A stretch of DNA of 63,907 bases, filler included, from Choristocarpus tenellus KU-1152 (GCA_964200185.2; 10 parts of 10 records of this genome joined end to end with filler, not necessarily neighbours in it); one strand, 5' to 3'. Numbered from the whole stretch's first letter, positions 22,691 through 34,913 are shown. The notes: generated by a model from the letters alone, not told the origin. Numbers and translations are program-made.

Positions 22691-25600
22691 CTTCATTGGT
22701 TTTTTTCCACATTTTTTTTAATGAGATTTTTCAAAGGAGGCAGCACTGCGACTGATAATATGCCAGGAGAATGTTGGTAGGCAAGTTTGATTTGACTAAA
22801 CCAGAAGATTGCACTCGAAGCGAGGATATACATCCTTGGAAGCCAAAACCTTACAAGCCGCTAGAGTTGGTGTTGTGGGACTTTGATGCACATGAAGAGA
22901 ATGACCCTATGTGTCCGTTTTTCCTCACTAGGGGTGCCTTGCACCCTCTTGTAATTGACCTCAACAAGCTTCCCCATGCAAAGTCAGACAGAGGTAAACT
23001 TGTCTACAGCTGGCTTTATCTATTACTATGCAGGATGTGTGGTTCCTCTGCTTTGTTTGTTGGAATATATACTGACCTTATGAAGGGTTAGGGTGAAGAT
23101 AAGGTTACATCTGCGGTAAAGGAGCTTACAGGAATTGATTGGTGAACACTTGAAAGTCAAGTGCGATGAGATGGAAAAGATCCATTCTAAGCGGAAGGGG
23201 GAGTTGGGTATGGATAAAATGAAGGAGGGCCAATCACCTGCAGATCTTGGCATCTTAGTAGCGATGGCTGTCTTCTGTCGGATGCTGTTCGAGAGAAGAT
23301 TGTGAAGCTTGTGATGCATGAAGATAGACCCATCTCAGAGGGAATTTGCTTGTTACCCGATATGGGTCAGATTATCTCAATGGCATTGGCAAGGGCATCT
23401 GCTGTGATGGTCGCCCTAGGTGATCGGTTAGACCCCTTGGTGACAGCAGGCAGGCTGGGTGAAGTGTCCCATGCCAAGGGTGAATGTCAAACGATGTTGC
23501 TGTATTTGCATTTGGAGGATGCTGTTGGGAGATGGAAAGGTATCTGGAAGGAGGGAAACTGGGAGGGTGAGGCAGAAGATGCTGCTGTCACTGAGTATCT
23601 GAAGGTGTGTATCTGTTTTTGTTGTGGTCACTATATATGGTGAATTTTGTTTTTATTTCTAACTTGTCCTCAGGATAAACTATTCTTATGTAGTCTTAAG
23701 ATATATATATATATATAGAAGATTATGTCTTTTTGATAAATTAAGTTTGTTATGAAAGAGTAACTGATTGTATTTAAAAGTGAACCTACCCTTCAATCAC
23801 ACGTATTATATAGTTGGATTGAATGATTATGGTACTGTTACATCTATTACTACACCAACTACAGGTCAATAAATAATTTATTTTTGACCTTACTATCAAA
23901 TTGAAGTCTAGTGTGTGAATTGTAGAAATATCTCACAATATAGAAATCCCAATCCGGTACAAAAAACAGACTTGGGAAAATAAAAGAGTTTATTGGTAAA
24001 TTTCTAATGGTGTTTGGCATGGTGCATTATTCAATTTATATTGAGCAAATGGAACAATTGTCAATTCACTTTCTACTCTCCAAACCTTTGATCCCAAAAT
24101 TTCTACTTACGGAAATTGCATGTTGCAAGCTCTCCAATTTATATACATTTTTTTTGGTCCATGACCGATTAGCTTACAACCAAAGAGTGTCCTGAGTTCA
24201 ACCAGACCAGGGGTACATTAACTTGTTAAATAATGAGAGGGTTTTGTAGAATGATGGCATGCTTTGGTTTTGAGGAAGACTTGTTATTGTTGTGGTTGTG
24301 AAATTGTTTGGTGGTACAAATTGAATTTGAAAGTGGATATTGGAGATGCGTTTCACCTATTTCTGTCTTTTGTTTTCAATTTTGTCCCTTCTGGAATTGT
24401 TGCTATGCATGCATTTTAATTCTTTCATACTTAATTGCACATTTGCGTTTGGATGAAATGGGTTGTTTTATACTTTCTTCAAACTTACTTGTTGGGGACT
24501 GCTTGGCATGTTATAGTCACTGCTAGTCAAGTGAATAACCAAATAGGGATAACAGATAGACATCGAGGTTAAATGGTGTAACTCCTCAATTGAACAAAAT
24601 GTTTTAGATAACATTTTGAACCCATATACCGAAAGGTCAGACAATGCCAAGTGTTTACATTTTTTTGTCTACTTTTTTGCTTTGCTCATGATGCAATTTG
24701 ATCACATTTGTGATGGTTTGCAGTATGCGGTTGAACTGAACCAGACGGAGGGTACATTCCTGCTGTCATGTGGAATACTCTATCTTGACCCATCTTGGCT
24801 AAACAAGTCTCTCTGGGCAATCTTGGACCACAGATTGGCAGATCCAGAACAGGAGACTTATTGGATGGAACAGCTCTAGGGAATTGACGGCTGTCCTGGT
24901 GTTAATTGGTGTGGTCTTACGTATGTCCATGATACCTTCTGTACCACAGGGAGGCTGTTGGCTATTTGCGCTTTTTGTGGCGTGATTTGGATGTGGACAA
25001 GGATGAGGTTGTCTTCAAACGACTTCTATGCACTATGTCAGAGTTTGGGGCTATTTTTGAGAGCACTTCTGCAAGTGCTCCTTAGACAGTATGAGGATAG
25101 AAGTGCCATGGACAACAACGTTAACCTGATGATGGTACGCCTTCCTACCTCCATCAGTATGGAGAGCCTGGGTAAGTTTATCATCTATTGGGTGTACTGA
25201 ACAATTGCTGGTGGCTTGAGAGTGTTTATCTATTAGAACAATCTTATATGTCAGCAGGTCTACTTGGGCTGCTAATGGCTTGGTGCATTCAGCATAATTT
25301 ACAGCTTCACGCGTACTGGAGGTATGGAGCTTCATTTAGAATGGGGGGACCTGAGGTACTGTTGTACCTGCACCCTCAGTCTCGGACAGACCATCGAGAA
25401 TGGGTGAAGAAGCTGTACCCCGTTGTGCAGGTAAACAATCCCGACCTCTGCTGTAGATACTTTCTTCTTTTTTCCAAATTGATACTCTAACTCTAGTCAT
25501 AAGTCTCACATTGGCTATCTTAGGTGTTATGTTTTCCCTCGTTTGTTGTTTGCATCTAGTAGTACATGGTTGTAGCCTCCTGTGTAACTATGAAGGCTTT

Positions 25601-27289
25601 AGGGGTTTATTAGTAATCTAACTAAAGGTATAGAATTGTGATTTAGGGTTAGGGCTGATAAGTATGTAACCAATAGTATAGGGAAGAGTGATGGCTTATT
25701 GCATCACCCGGTACACTAATCCTGTATGAAACCAGTGTCTTCTGGATGGCAATTGAGCTGGATAGTAAAGTTTTTGCGATTGTTAGCCAAATGTTGATCT
25801 TCTCACTACAAATACCAGGTTGAAATTTGCACAAGGTCACTTTAAATTATGTTGGATACTTGCAACTTTCCTAGGTACCAGGCTGTCTAGGGTTTAGGTT
25901 GATATCAGTAATTGACGTTTCTTCAACACTGTATGTCTTGAATAATTTACAATTTTGCTCACCCAGGTGAAGGCTGTCATTGTTGTGGCGGCTTGCAAGA
26001 CTGCTGGTGGGGTAGAGATACCTGTGAGTGATGCACTTCACAAGTTTAAGGAGGAACTTGTTGTGGAGATCTCGGATAGGGTAGTGACTGACAAAGCTCT
26101 TCAAGAAATGATGGGCTGTGAGGGGTACCTGGAAGCTGGGGTTCAAGTGTATGTTAGGAAATCATATGAGGATGTAAATGAGTTATTGACCGAGCAGGAG
26201 GACAAACTGGAGAAGAGGCGTCGTGAAGGAAAGGCAGATGTTGACTTCAAGGATGTGATGACACCGGTGGAGGATGGTTGGGGAGGGATGGTGTCGGTGG
26301 GGAAGGATAACGAAGACAAGTAGAAAGCACAGATTCCTCGAGGACGATAGGAGGTTTAGAGCTAGTTTAGTATCATTTTACCACAGTCCTCTCAATAGAT
26401 TGCGTTTGTAGAGCATTCACTGAGATTTCGTTTTTCCAAACGGATAGTCTTGATACATGCATCTTTGATGTGTTGATTTCATTCATGTTGTAGACCTTAG
26501 TTTTTTCTGTATGACTGTGTAGTATATGCTTTACTTGCCTCCGTGTTATTTCTGACAATGATAAAGGGAAAATGGAATTTCTTTGATCTTAGTATGTGTT
26601 AGTACCTGGTTGCAGCAATTGCAGGGTCTCCGGCTGATGAGGAAATGTTTCACTAAGCCATTTGTATCTCGATTGGCTTTAAATGTTTGTTTTGTGGTTT
26701 TGAGGACACAGCTGTCGATTGTTGAATTGTGTGTTGATTGCTGAGGCTGTGAAGTTTTCAAGTATTTTGGAGTTATTGTACTGTTGTTTTTTCTTCTTTA
26801 TTTTACAGATGGGTTAGGTTTAGATACCTTACATAGTATGTAGTGTTTCATATTTTGCTGAGAGTATTTGCCTTCGTCTTTAATCCAGGAACTTGATGAA
26901 TCTGATATGCACTGATGCAATACCTTTGTGTCCAGGCCTGGCATTTGAACTGTTCCTTCACTATTAAATGTACAATTTCATAAAGAGAAACAGTAGTTGG
27001 TGTATCGGGGTTTCGGTTTATTCATCCACCAAAGAATTAGCCATGACATGATCTGGAAATAAGAGAAGAATAGTTTTTAAAATTAGATTCTGGTTGATCG
27101 AATGGCAACTTTTTGTTAACTGCATTGTCATCTTTAGCTCAACTCCATTTTTTAAGCATTATCGGAATTTAGGGAATAAATTTCATAGCTTTGATTTTCT
27201 AATGTGGCAACACAGTATTTACAACTTAGTTATCCCACTATAAAGTTCTTAATTAGGTGAATGTGTAACATTTGTGAGTTTGACTGAAG

Positions 27290-27345
27290 AGATGCCCGCA
27301 ATGTTGACATCTGGTTCCATCACGTACTGGAGTGGAAAGTCCCCA
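27290..27345 (+). mobile_element. Small Copia RNase H fragment
   Basis: NVDIWFHHVLE resembles KHIDIRYHFIRE. Very short. Confidence 0.3.
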
Positions 27346-30203
27346 AAGACAGCATAGCACACAAAAAAATTACAGGTGAAATCGGCTACGAACCTTAAAA
27401 CATATCAAACAAGTACAATATATCTTTGGACGAACTCGATTGGGTAATAACGGGATGGTAAAAGGTCCTACCCCTGAAAGGATCAGAAATGAACCTGGAT
27501 CTTGGTTACCACACCTATATACACACTAGTTGAAGTTGTTGAGATATTTAGGGTTAGGGATAGGGGTCATTGACGACAAATTCGTTCATCACACTTACAC
27601 TTTCTCCATACCTTTGTGAAAGCGGAGATCTGAAGAAAGTAGGACTCTTAAATGCATCAGGCTGTTGATTTTCCCTAGGTAATCCTAACCCTAACCCCAG
27701 GAGATGTAGAAGATGGGATGGATACTGTGGGTAAGAAACAGTCAAGACCCCAGTGTTGTACTGCTAGATATGTCTAGGTGTAGCTTGAGGGTGTGAATGC
27801 TGCCAAGACCCCTTGTCAACTTTGGGTCAGTAAGTGGGTATCGGCTTTGCACTACATTGTTAAATACCTGAGGTTGGGGTAGGGTTAGGGTTAGGGCCTC
27901 AGTTAAAGTAGAAGCGCACTGTAGAGTTGTGCGGTGGTGGTTAATGTAATATTTATATTTATATGCGTTTTTTTTGTTAGTGGGAGACAGCAGCATGTAG
28001 TTGTGTGATATGCAGTAAGGCAGTAGTTTAAGGTTAGGGTTAGGGTTATCTGTAGAGTTGAAGTGATGGTATTGTTACAAACATTTCTCACTCTCAGTGT
28101 AGGTACTGTAAACTGTGTACCATGGACATTCTACCACGTGTGGACTCTCCCCTTACAAGGATCACAGTGTACACTTGACGTTATGCTCTACAATAATGGG
28201 GTTGGGTGGTGATTGGGCAAGCTCAAGATATAATATAACATGAAACCTTAACCCTAGACTCCAATGTCAACACTAGTGCTCTATGTATTTTGTACTTCTT
28301 TTTCTGATGTTTCCAATTTTTTGTGTCAGTACTTTACACCTGAGCAGGATAAGTTGATGGTTCTACCTAGGTATGAGACTATCTTGCTGAGGCACCCACT
28401 TGTCCTAGATCTCATACTGGGGGGACGGCCACCGACATCACAGATAGCCAACAGGCACGAACAACAACTAAGCAATCTCATTCTCCTCACACAGGTTATG
28501 CATGTCAAACTCTAGCCTTGTCTAAGATGGTGTGGGATTTGTAGGGGGGGGGGGGGGGGCAGGGCCACGGTCCGGTGGGGGGGTTGGAGGGGGACGGTAT
28601 ATCTTTTTNNNNNNNNNNNNNNNNNNNNNNNNNNNNNNNNNNNNNNNNNNNNTTAATTAATTAANNNNNNNNNNNNNNNNNNNNNNNNNNNNNNNNNNNN
28701 NNNNNNNNTAGTGTAGACCCCCCCCCCCCAGATACTTTGGGTCTGTCGACAACAAACCAACGGGCCTGGACAATATAGAGGAATCGTTGTCACAGTTCTT
28801 CAAGGGGACCACACCCATCGCGCCGCAGATATGTACGATGACGACCCACCAGCCACTGGGGGATCTCACTAACAACAGGAATGAACTGGTGGACTCCGGA
28901 GGGGTAGACCCCAGGTCATCCCAAAGGCAAGACCAGGCCTCCATGGCAGCGAGACCCACTCCAATGTAGCCTGTGCGTTCTGTAAATACCTGAAGGAGGG
29001 ATTAGCGCTTGAAGACTAGGCATAGCAAAGCATATGGTCACCATATCCTTCGGAAATCAAACATTTGCATCGAAATCAGAGAGACGTGGTGTCCACTAGT
29101 TCCACCGTAGTTCCAAACTGGTGACGCACACATCCTCCCATCAAGAGCAGAACGAAACCTATCGACGAAGTTCGTGTTCTCCAATATCTGCGTTCCAATA
29201 TGTATCTGAACCTAACGATGTTCTTTCCAGTTTCTGTTTCCGATCCCAACCCTAGCACCTGTCCCAACCCTAACCCTGTGCCCTAACCCTGACACACTGT
29301 CTCTCACCCTTACACGATAATGAAATTATACCAAGTCATGTTTCGCCCTTCCTTCATCTGGTCGCCTCATGTCATTTTTGCCATACTTTACCGTATGACA
29401 AAGTGCGGCGAACGTTACGGCGGTCCATATACCAACTTTTTTCAAGTCACACGCCTCAAGTCAGTTTCGCCATACTTTACCGTACGACAAAGTCTGGCAA
29501 AAGATGCGGCTGTCCACATAACCCCTTTGCAGTCGCACGCCTCCAACCCATCGTCCTCGACTTACCACAAAACTCAATTGCGATCTCATATCTCCTATAG
29601 AGAAAGGGGCTCATACGAGGTATGTGCATGTGGGGATATGTGTTGAACGACATCACATGAAAACGTTCAGTATCCCTTCCACCACAAAATCCATCCTACG
29701 TATTACTTTACCGTTCAACAGAACACGTCAATTGTGGTACATATATGCGCCAATAGTGTCAGGGGCAACACCCACCATGCACCTGTCAATTGTTTCTCCA
29801 AAAAAATACAGATCAAAACACACATTCTACCGTTCGACAAACTACCCCCATTCACTTCGTCCCACATGCTTCACCGTACGTTTTCGTAACCTTTTACATG
29901 TGGCTCGCGATTGCCCGCATATGCAATGCACACGTTTTCAGGATATTCTAATCGGGGCGGTTTCGGTTCTCGATGTATCAAACACACCTTCTCCATGATT
30001 TCAAAGTGGGGTGTAATCCAACACGGTCGTTTTCCATGGAACACATCGTGACCAAACATCGTGCAAGCACGTTCCCCCAAAGAAAGATGCAGTATTACCT
30101 ATGTTCGCATCGTGAGGATCGATCACTGATGTCAAAGGGAAAGAAACCCACCCAACTCATATCGCAACCTCCTTTGGATCCCACTTAGGAAACGGGGACT
30201 AAA

Positions 30204-30463
30204 GAGTGAAAGTATCTTAGAGGGTACGAGTTTTGCCCTGTTTGTCCATTTGGGGCTCTTGGCTTCCCATGGGCTTTTTAATTCATTTTCCTTCTCCAAA
30301 ATGTTTTGGAGTGGGTAAAATGTGCATGTTATTAAAAGGTGTGTCCAGAACATCGACATTGACACTTCCTAACACACACAATAGCCAAAACTACATAAAC
30401 ATTGCAACATTGGACTTTGGCCCCCAAATGGACGCGGCTGTACCCTCTAATATACTTTGACTC
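30204..30463 (+). mobile_element. 260-bp MITE copy 2, with 4-bp TSD TAAA
   Basis: Complete ~23-bp TIRs. TAAA at 30200-30203 and 30464-30467. Removing the element plus one TSD restores the frame ETGTK-ETAQNQ. Confidence 0.95.
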
Positions 30464-31837
30464 TAAAGAGACTGCCCAAAACCAGTGCCGCTCGTTCGTT
30501 GGAGAAATCCAAAACGGACCATATCATAACCTCTTCCTCTCCATGTTTGTCAACCATGATGGTTCAGAAGAGATGGAAGGAAGCGGCCGCACTTGGAATG
30601 ACCTTGCCTCTTGGTTGTTGGATGAGAAAAGCAGATTTGCACCGTTGACGAGCACGCTGCGAGTTGTGCTGGCTCGGGAACAACGCGAGTCCATGCCTGA
30701 TCTCCAGGTCAAGACATTCCTAGAATGTGTAAAGAAAGATCTTAGCACCGAGCATACCCGCCAGGTATACAAATCCATCCTCGTCGGCATTGCTGCTGAT
30801 GTTGAAATAGGCAATGATGGGATGATATCGACGTTTCAGCCCCTTCTGTCCGTCACAGCAAGAAAATACGACATCAACGTCGACACACTAAGGTCATCTG
30901 CCAAAAAACGCACAGAATTCATGCGAGACATGCAGTGCCAGGCAAGCCCCTCCGCATCGACTGCAGATGACGCTGGAGGATCGTCTCCTGTATCCGACAC
31001 CCACGCCCCTCACTACTCTCCTCAAGGCACTGCCCACAGGTATGGAAGTTTGTTCTCATCCAACATCAACGGTGTGACACACACAACTTGACCCCCGGGT
31101 GAACACGTCCACTGTATGTCCAAAATAATTTCATTGCTAACAGATGCCCAGATGATCCCTCATATACTGGTGCACAACCGACACACGCCCCACATCTACC
31201 ATTGTTGCCTCAGACAAAACGGCAGACTAAGGGTATTCGACGTGGGAAGGGACAGCTCCTCACGACAGTTTGATGTACAGCATCCTGATACACATGTTCT
31301 TGGTATCACCGTATGGGAGAGCAACAACACCGCTATGCCCCACGATCCGGTCACATATCTCATGATTCCATCCAGAGAGTGCACTACTTAGACCCACATA
31401 TGAACAAGAGAGTTTGCCACCCGGATGCACTGTGCCAACAGCACGCTCAGAGGTACTCTACACTAGCGAGTATCATCCTCAAGAATATTGCGCATATCCA
31501 CCCTCAACACTTTATGGATTAATCGTTGTAACATGTTCATCCTCGACCAACAAAACTCTAACATTGCACTTCGTACACATGGTGCAACCGACGTGACAAC
31601 AGGTTACAGATTGGGACAGATGAGGATATATACGCCAACTTCAGGGAGAGATTCGAACAGGAGGGGACGTCAGGACCAATGTCTGTCGACATTCATGAAG
31701 TGGAGACCGTTCTACATAACAAAGGGCCACGCCAAGGTGTGTGCGGAAATTGTCTTTCCATTTTTAGGACACACGCTACAGTGATGATTGGGTAAGTCTG
31801 TGTTTGCTGACCACCAAAGGGTACCCAGTCACATACT

Positions 31838-32089
31838 GAGTGAAAGTATCTTAGAGGGTACGAATTTTGCCCTCTTTGTCATTTGGGTTTGGCTTCCCAC
31901 AGATTTATGACATTTTCCTACTCCATAATGTATCGGAGTAGGTAATATGTATACGTTATGAAAGGTGTATCCGGAACAAGGACATTGACGCTTCCTAACC
32001 AACACGATAGCCAAAATTACGTCAAAATCGAAACATTGAATTTTGGCCCCCAAACGGACGAGGTTCTACCCTCTAAAATACTTTGACTC
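31838..32089 (+). mobile_element. 260-bp MITE copy 3
   Basis: Complete TIRs, flanked by ACT on both sides. Confidence 0.95.
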
Positions 32090-33005
32090 ACTGCATCATC
32101 CGTGTCCACACACAAGGGGTGCTAACCCACCGTATCTCTCCCTCCACTCTTCCATGCAATACAGATCGTGCGTTTTCATTCACCACATGAACACCGACCT
32201 CCAGGTTCAGTGCCTAAGAGAGAACTGGAAGAAAGTACATTCGAGGACGTGTTCTTTGGCGACAATGGACAACACGCTTGTGCATGCACATGCGCATTCT
32301 GCGACAAAGGCAAAGGATGCGGGTCTGAAGAAGTGGAGGCCACACTCGAAGTGGTGCTCATTTAATGGCCTTCCTCTTGTAAGTTTCTATGCCAAACCAC
32401 ACTCGTGTATGATTTTCCCCTCTCACAATAACAAGAATCAATCCCTGTTTGCAACTCGCGACACTCTGCGCCCTCCAGCCCCTTGCTAACCCATATATGC
32501 CTCCAAGGCAATAGATTTCGTCGACCCATTATGTCACATCCGTGCCTTCCCTTCATGCCTACACCACGAATCACATGATGATTGCTCATACCCACTTCTT
32601 AATCGACCGAACAAAGTCCATGCACACTTGCAACCATCGCCCTCTATTTTTCAGAAGTCTGCCTATCGGCAAACTAACACAAAACTCCAAGTTTTGAGTT
32701 TCATCACACACTGCCATCCGTCATTACCAAACACTCGTTACAGCAATAGGTAGCACATATCACTCCAAACAAAATGCATCACATCGAATTGGTCACAGCA
32801 CACTGCTTCAGTGCCGACATTGACTCCTACATGTACCACCCCTCCCCTTATACGCACAATCACCACAACCCTTAGGATTGGACGGACAGGGACGGCAGGC
32901 AGCACAGTAACACGTATACGAAACTTCTATATATCGACACGTTCCGCACACAGGAGATAGTCCACCTTCCGTCTTACAAGATCGACCGTGCGGGATGACA
33001 CGACT

Positions 33006-33062
33006 GAGCCAAAGTATCTTAGAGGGTAGGGCCGCGTCCATTTGGGGGTAAAAATCCAATGT
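33006..33062 (-). mobile_element. MITE copy 4 (truncated by contig end)
   Basis: GAGCCAAAGTATCTTAGAGGGTAGGGCCGCGTCCATTTGGGGG. Confidence 0.9.
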
Positions 33063-33331
33063 NNNNNNNNNNNNNNNNNNNNNNNNNNNNNNNNNNNNNN
33101 NNNNNNTTAATTAATTAANNNNNNNNNNNNNNNNNNNNNNNNNNNNNNNNNNNNNNNNNNNNGGGAGTGGTGGCGGGGTAGGGGGGGTTGTTGTGGTTGA
33201 TACGTGAATAGTTTTATTATTATTATTGTTGTTGTTATGTGAGTCATGGCTTGCAACTAGCATCTAGTACGAAGTTTTGTTTATTTAAAAAAAAATATAT
33301 ATATTTTGTTTATTTTTTATTTTTTGGACAG

Positions 33332-34859
33332 GTGGGGAAGGTGCTTGCTCCACACAGCCTCCCAATGTTCAGGGACAACCAGATGTCTAAGAAGCGCAAG
33401 TCTGCTAGTGCCAGGAAGGACCCTGTGAAGAGCAAGAAGCCTGATCCACCGGTAAGAAATGGTTCCTTCTGGCAATGCACCCTCTCTCCCTTTCCACACC
33501 GCCTCTTCGTGGAATATTCTATAATAATAATAATAATAATGAAGAAATTATTTTTTGTTGGGAGTACAAACTGGCTCCATTTCTTATCACGGTGTTTGTA
33601 AGTACGTACGTTCAAGGGATGTTTTAGTATAGTATGGAGGTTTGATTTTGTGGTGGAAGGCTTTTCTCCTTTTTCCCCTTACCCTTCCCTCGAGATGGAA
33701 TTTGTGACATTGGGTGTTACTCAGTACTAGTAATTGTAGTATAGTACGTGAGTGGGGTATTTTTATTTATATATTTATTTTGTGTGTGTGTCAGTTTGAA
33801 GAAATGCGTTTTTCGTTTTTTTTTCCATTTTAGCCCACTAGAATTTACTCCATGGGGTTAGGGTTAGGGTTAGTGATTGGGAAGATATTCATCACTGTAT
33901 ATAGGAAAAATAGTTTGTGAGTGGAAATGAATATGGTTTGACTTGTTTGTTAATGTACTGATTTCTTCTCTGTTCTTCATTGGATGAAATTCTTCAAACA
34001 AGCAAAGATGAAGGGTAGGCTGGTCAAACTCTTCAATACATACACATGTATGAAATAGCTCTGTCCACGTAAATTTGGGACATAACATAACAAAGATGTA
34101 CCAATTTCTCTTTGCATGCATTTTATTCTTCATATAGCACTGTTTTCATAGTATATATATGCTGATGTACCACTTCTCTCTGCATGTGTTTTGATCAATG
34201 GGGGTACTTTGATCAATGGGGGTACTAGCTAGACATTTGATTCTCGTTGAGGTCTCTGTCTACATTCCAGGGCGCTGGATTCACTTTCCTCTAAATGTTG
34301 ACGAGTTTACTCCCAACAGTTTATTTTCTCAATTAGTGGCCATTTCCAATGCATTTTTTTTGCAAGTGCAGTGTTTTCCTTGTTGTTAAGTGTACTGTGG
34401 GTTGTCCTCAGTGTTTCAATCCTTGAAAGTTCGTTGGAAGAAGTGAGAACTGCATGCAGCCTAACCAATTCAATGACTATATATATAAAAAGACCATCTT
34501 TACCCACATGAATTTGGGAAAAATACACGAAATAAGACAAGTGTGCCGCTGATCGAAGCAAGTGAGCTGACATTTCATATTTTGCTCAGGCCTTGGTGTG
34601 TTAGGGTTAGGGTTTTAGATAGAAACTGTGGTGCAGAGTGAATTCAAACACCTATTTTGTGCTTGAATAGTTCCTTCCTTCTGACATGGCCTCCGTGGTC
34701 TTGTCTCCCTCTCTCCCCCTTCTGCCATGCCTTGTCAAATCAACTAATGGGGATTAGATGCCCGGACGCGGAATCCAGGGACGTGTAAGCTCTTCCTACA
34801 ATTTCCACCAGTTTGTGCTCAAGGAGGCTTTGGTATCTCAGAAGAACCTTCTGCACGAG
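33332..34859 (+). CDS. WDR70: WD repeat-containing protein 70 (gastrulation defective 1 homolog), two C-terminal exons
   Basis: Exon 33332-33451 (VGKVLAPHSLPMFRDNQMSKKRKSASARKDPVKSKKPDPP) and exon 34758-34859 (MPGRGIQGRVSSSYNFHQFVLKEALVSQKNLLHE), both phase 0 with AG/GT. They match the PHALPMFR...RKDP.KS.KP..P..G.G..G segment that precedes EDPREA in WDR70. Confidence 0.82.
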
Positions 34860-34881
34860 GTGATTTGGTTGAACAGACATC

Positions 34882-34913
<32 letters not shown>

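Larger units (their letters stand above)
17560..26323 (+). pseudogene. LRR-ROC-COR (ROCO LRR-GTPase) pseudogene, brown-algal type
   Basis: N-cap exon EFYASMNGHSLNNNPGWNYNADDLSTWYEVEVDDEGYVVKIDLQGNNLVG ends at a donor at ~17724. Near-72-bp LRR exons at 19667-19733 (GTIPASLGNLCNLKT) and 20939-21009 (GSLHHLESLNLSYNRLEG). ROC region DIHPWKP...LWDFDAH...FFLTRGAL at 22771-23604. COR region LYLDPSWLNKSLWAILDHRL at 24724-25430. C-terminal exon 25968-26323. Multiple stops and frameshifts. Confidence 0.82.
29973..32400 (+). mobile_element. Degenerate DNA-transposon protein, possibly a Sola-type transposase (N-terminal half)
   Basis: ORF pieces 30468-31091 and 31313-31784 (TFMKWRPFYITKGHAK) and 32165-32365 (SCVFIHHMN...CACTCAFCDKG) recall the F..RPFY...C.C..H.N and Cys-cluster pattern upstream of the catalytic domain in Sola-like transposases. 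Interrupted by two MITEs and stops. No DDD/E core is visible. Confidence 0.4.

Noticed and set aside
23089-24880. Stop-codon readthrough or an alternative genetic code in ROCO
   Set aside because: The stops co-occur with frameshifts and loss of the P-loop, while intact genes read cleanly in the standard code.
30402-30463. Recurring peptides such as PKWTRLYPL and LGSVNILVPDTPF in several ORFs
   Set aside because: Chance translations of MITE copies, not a protein family.
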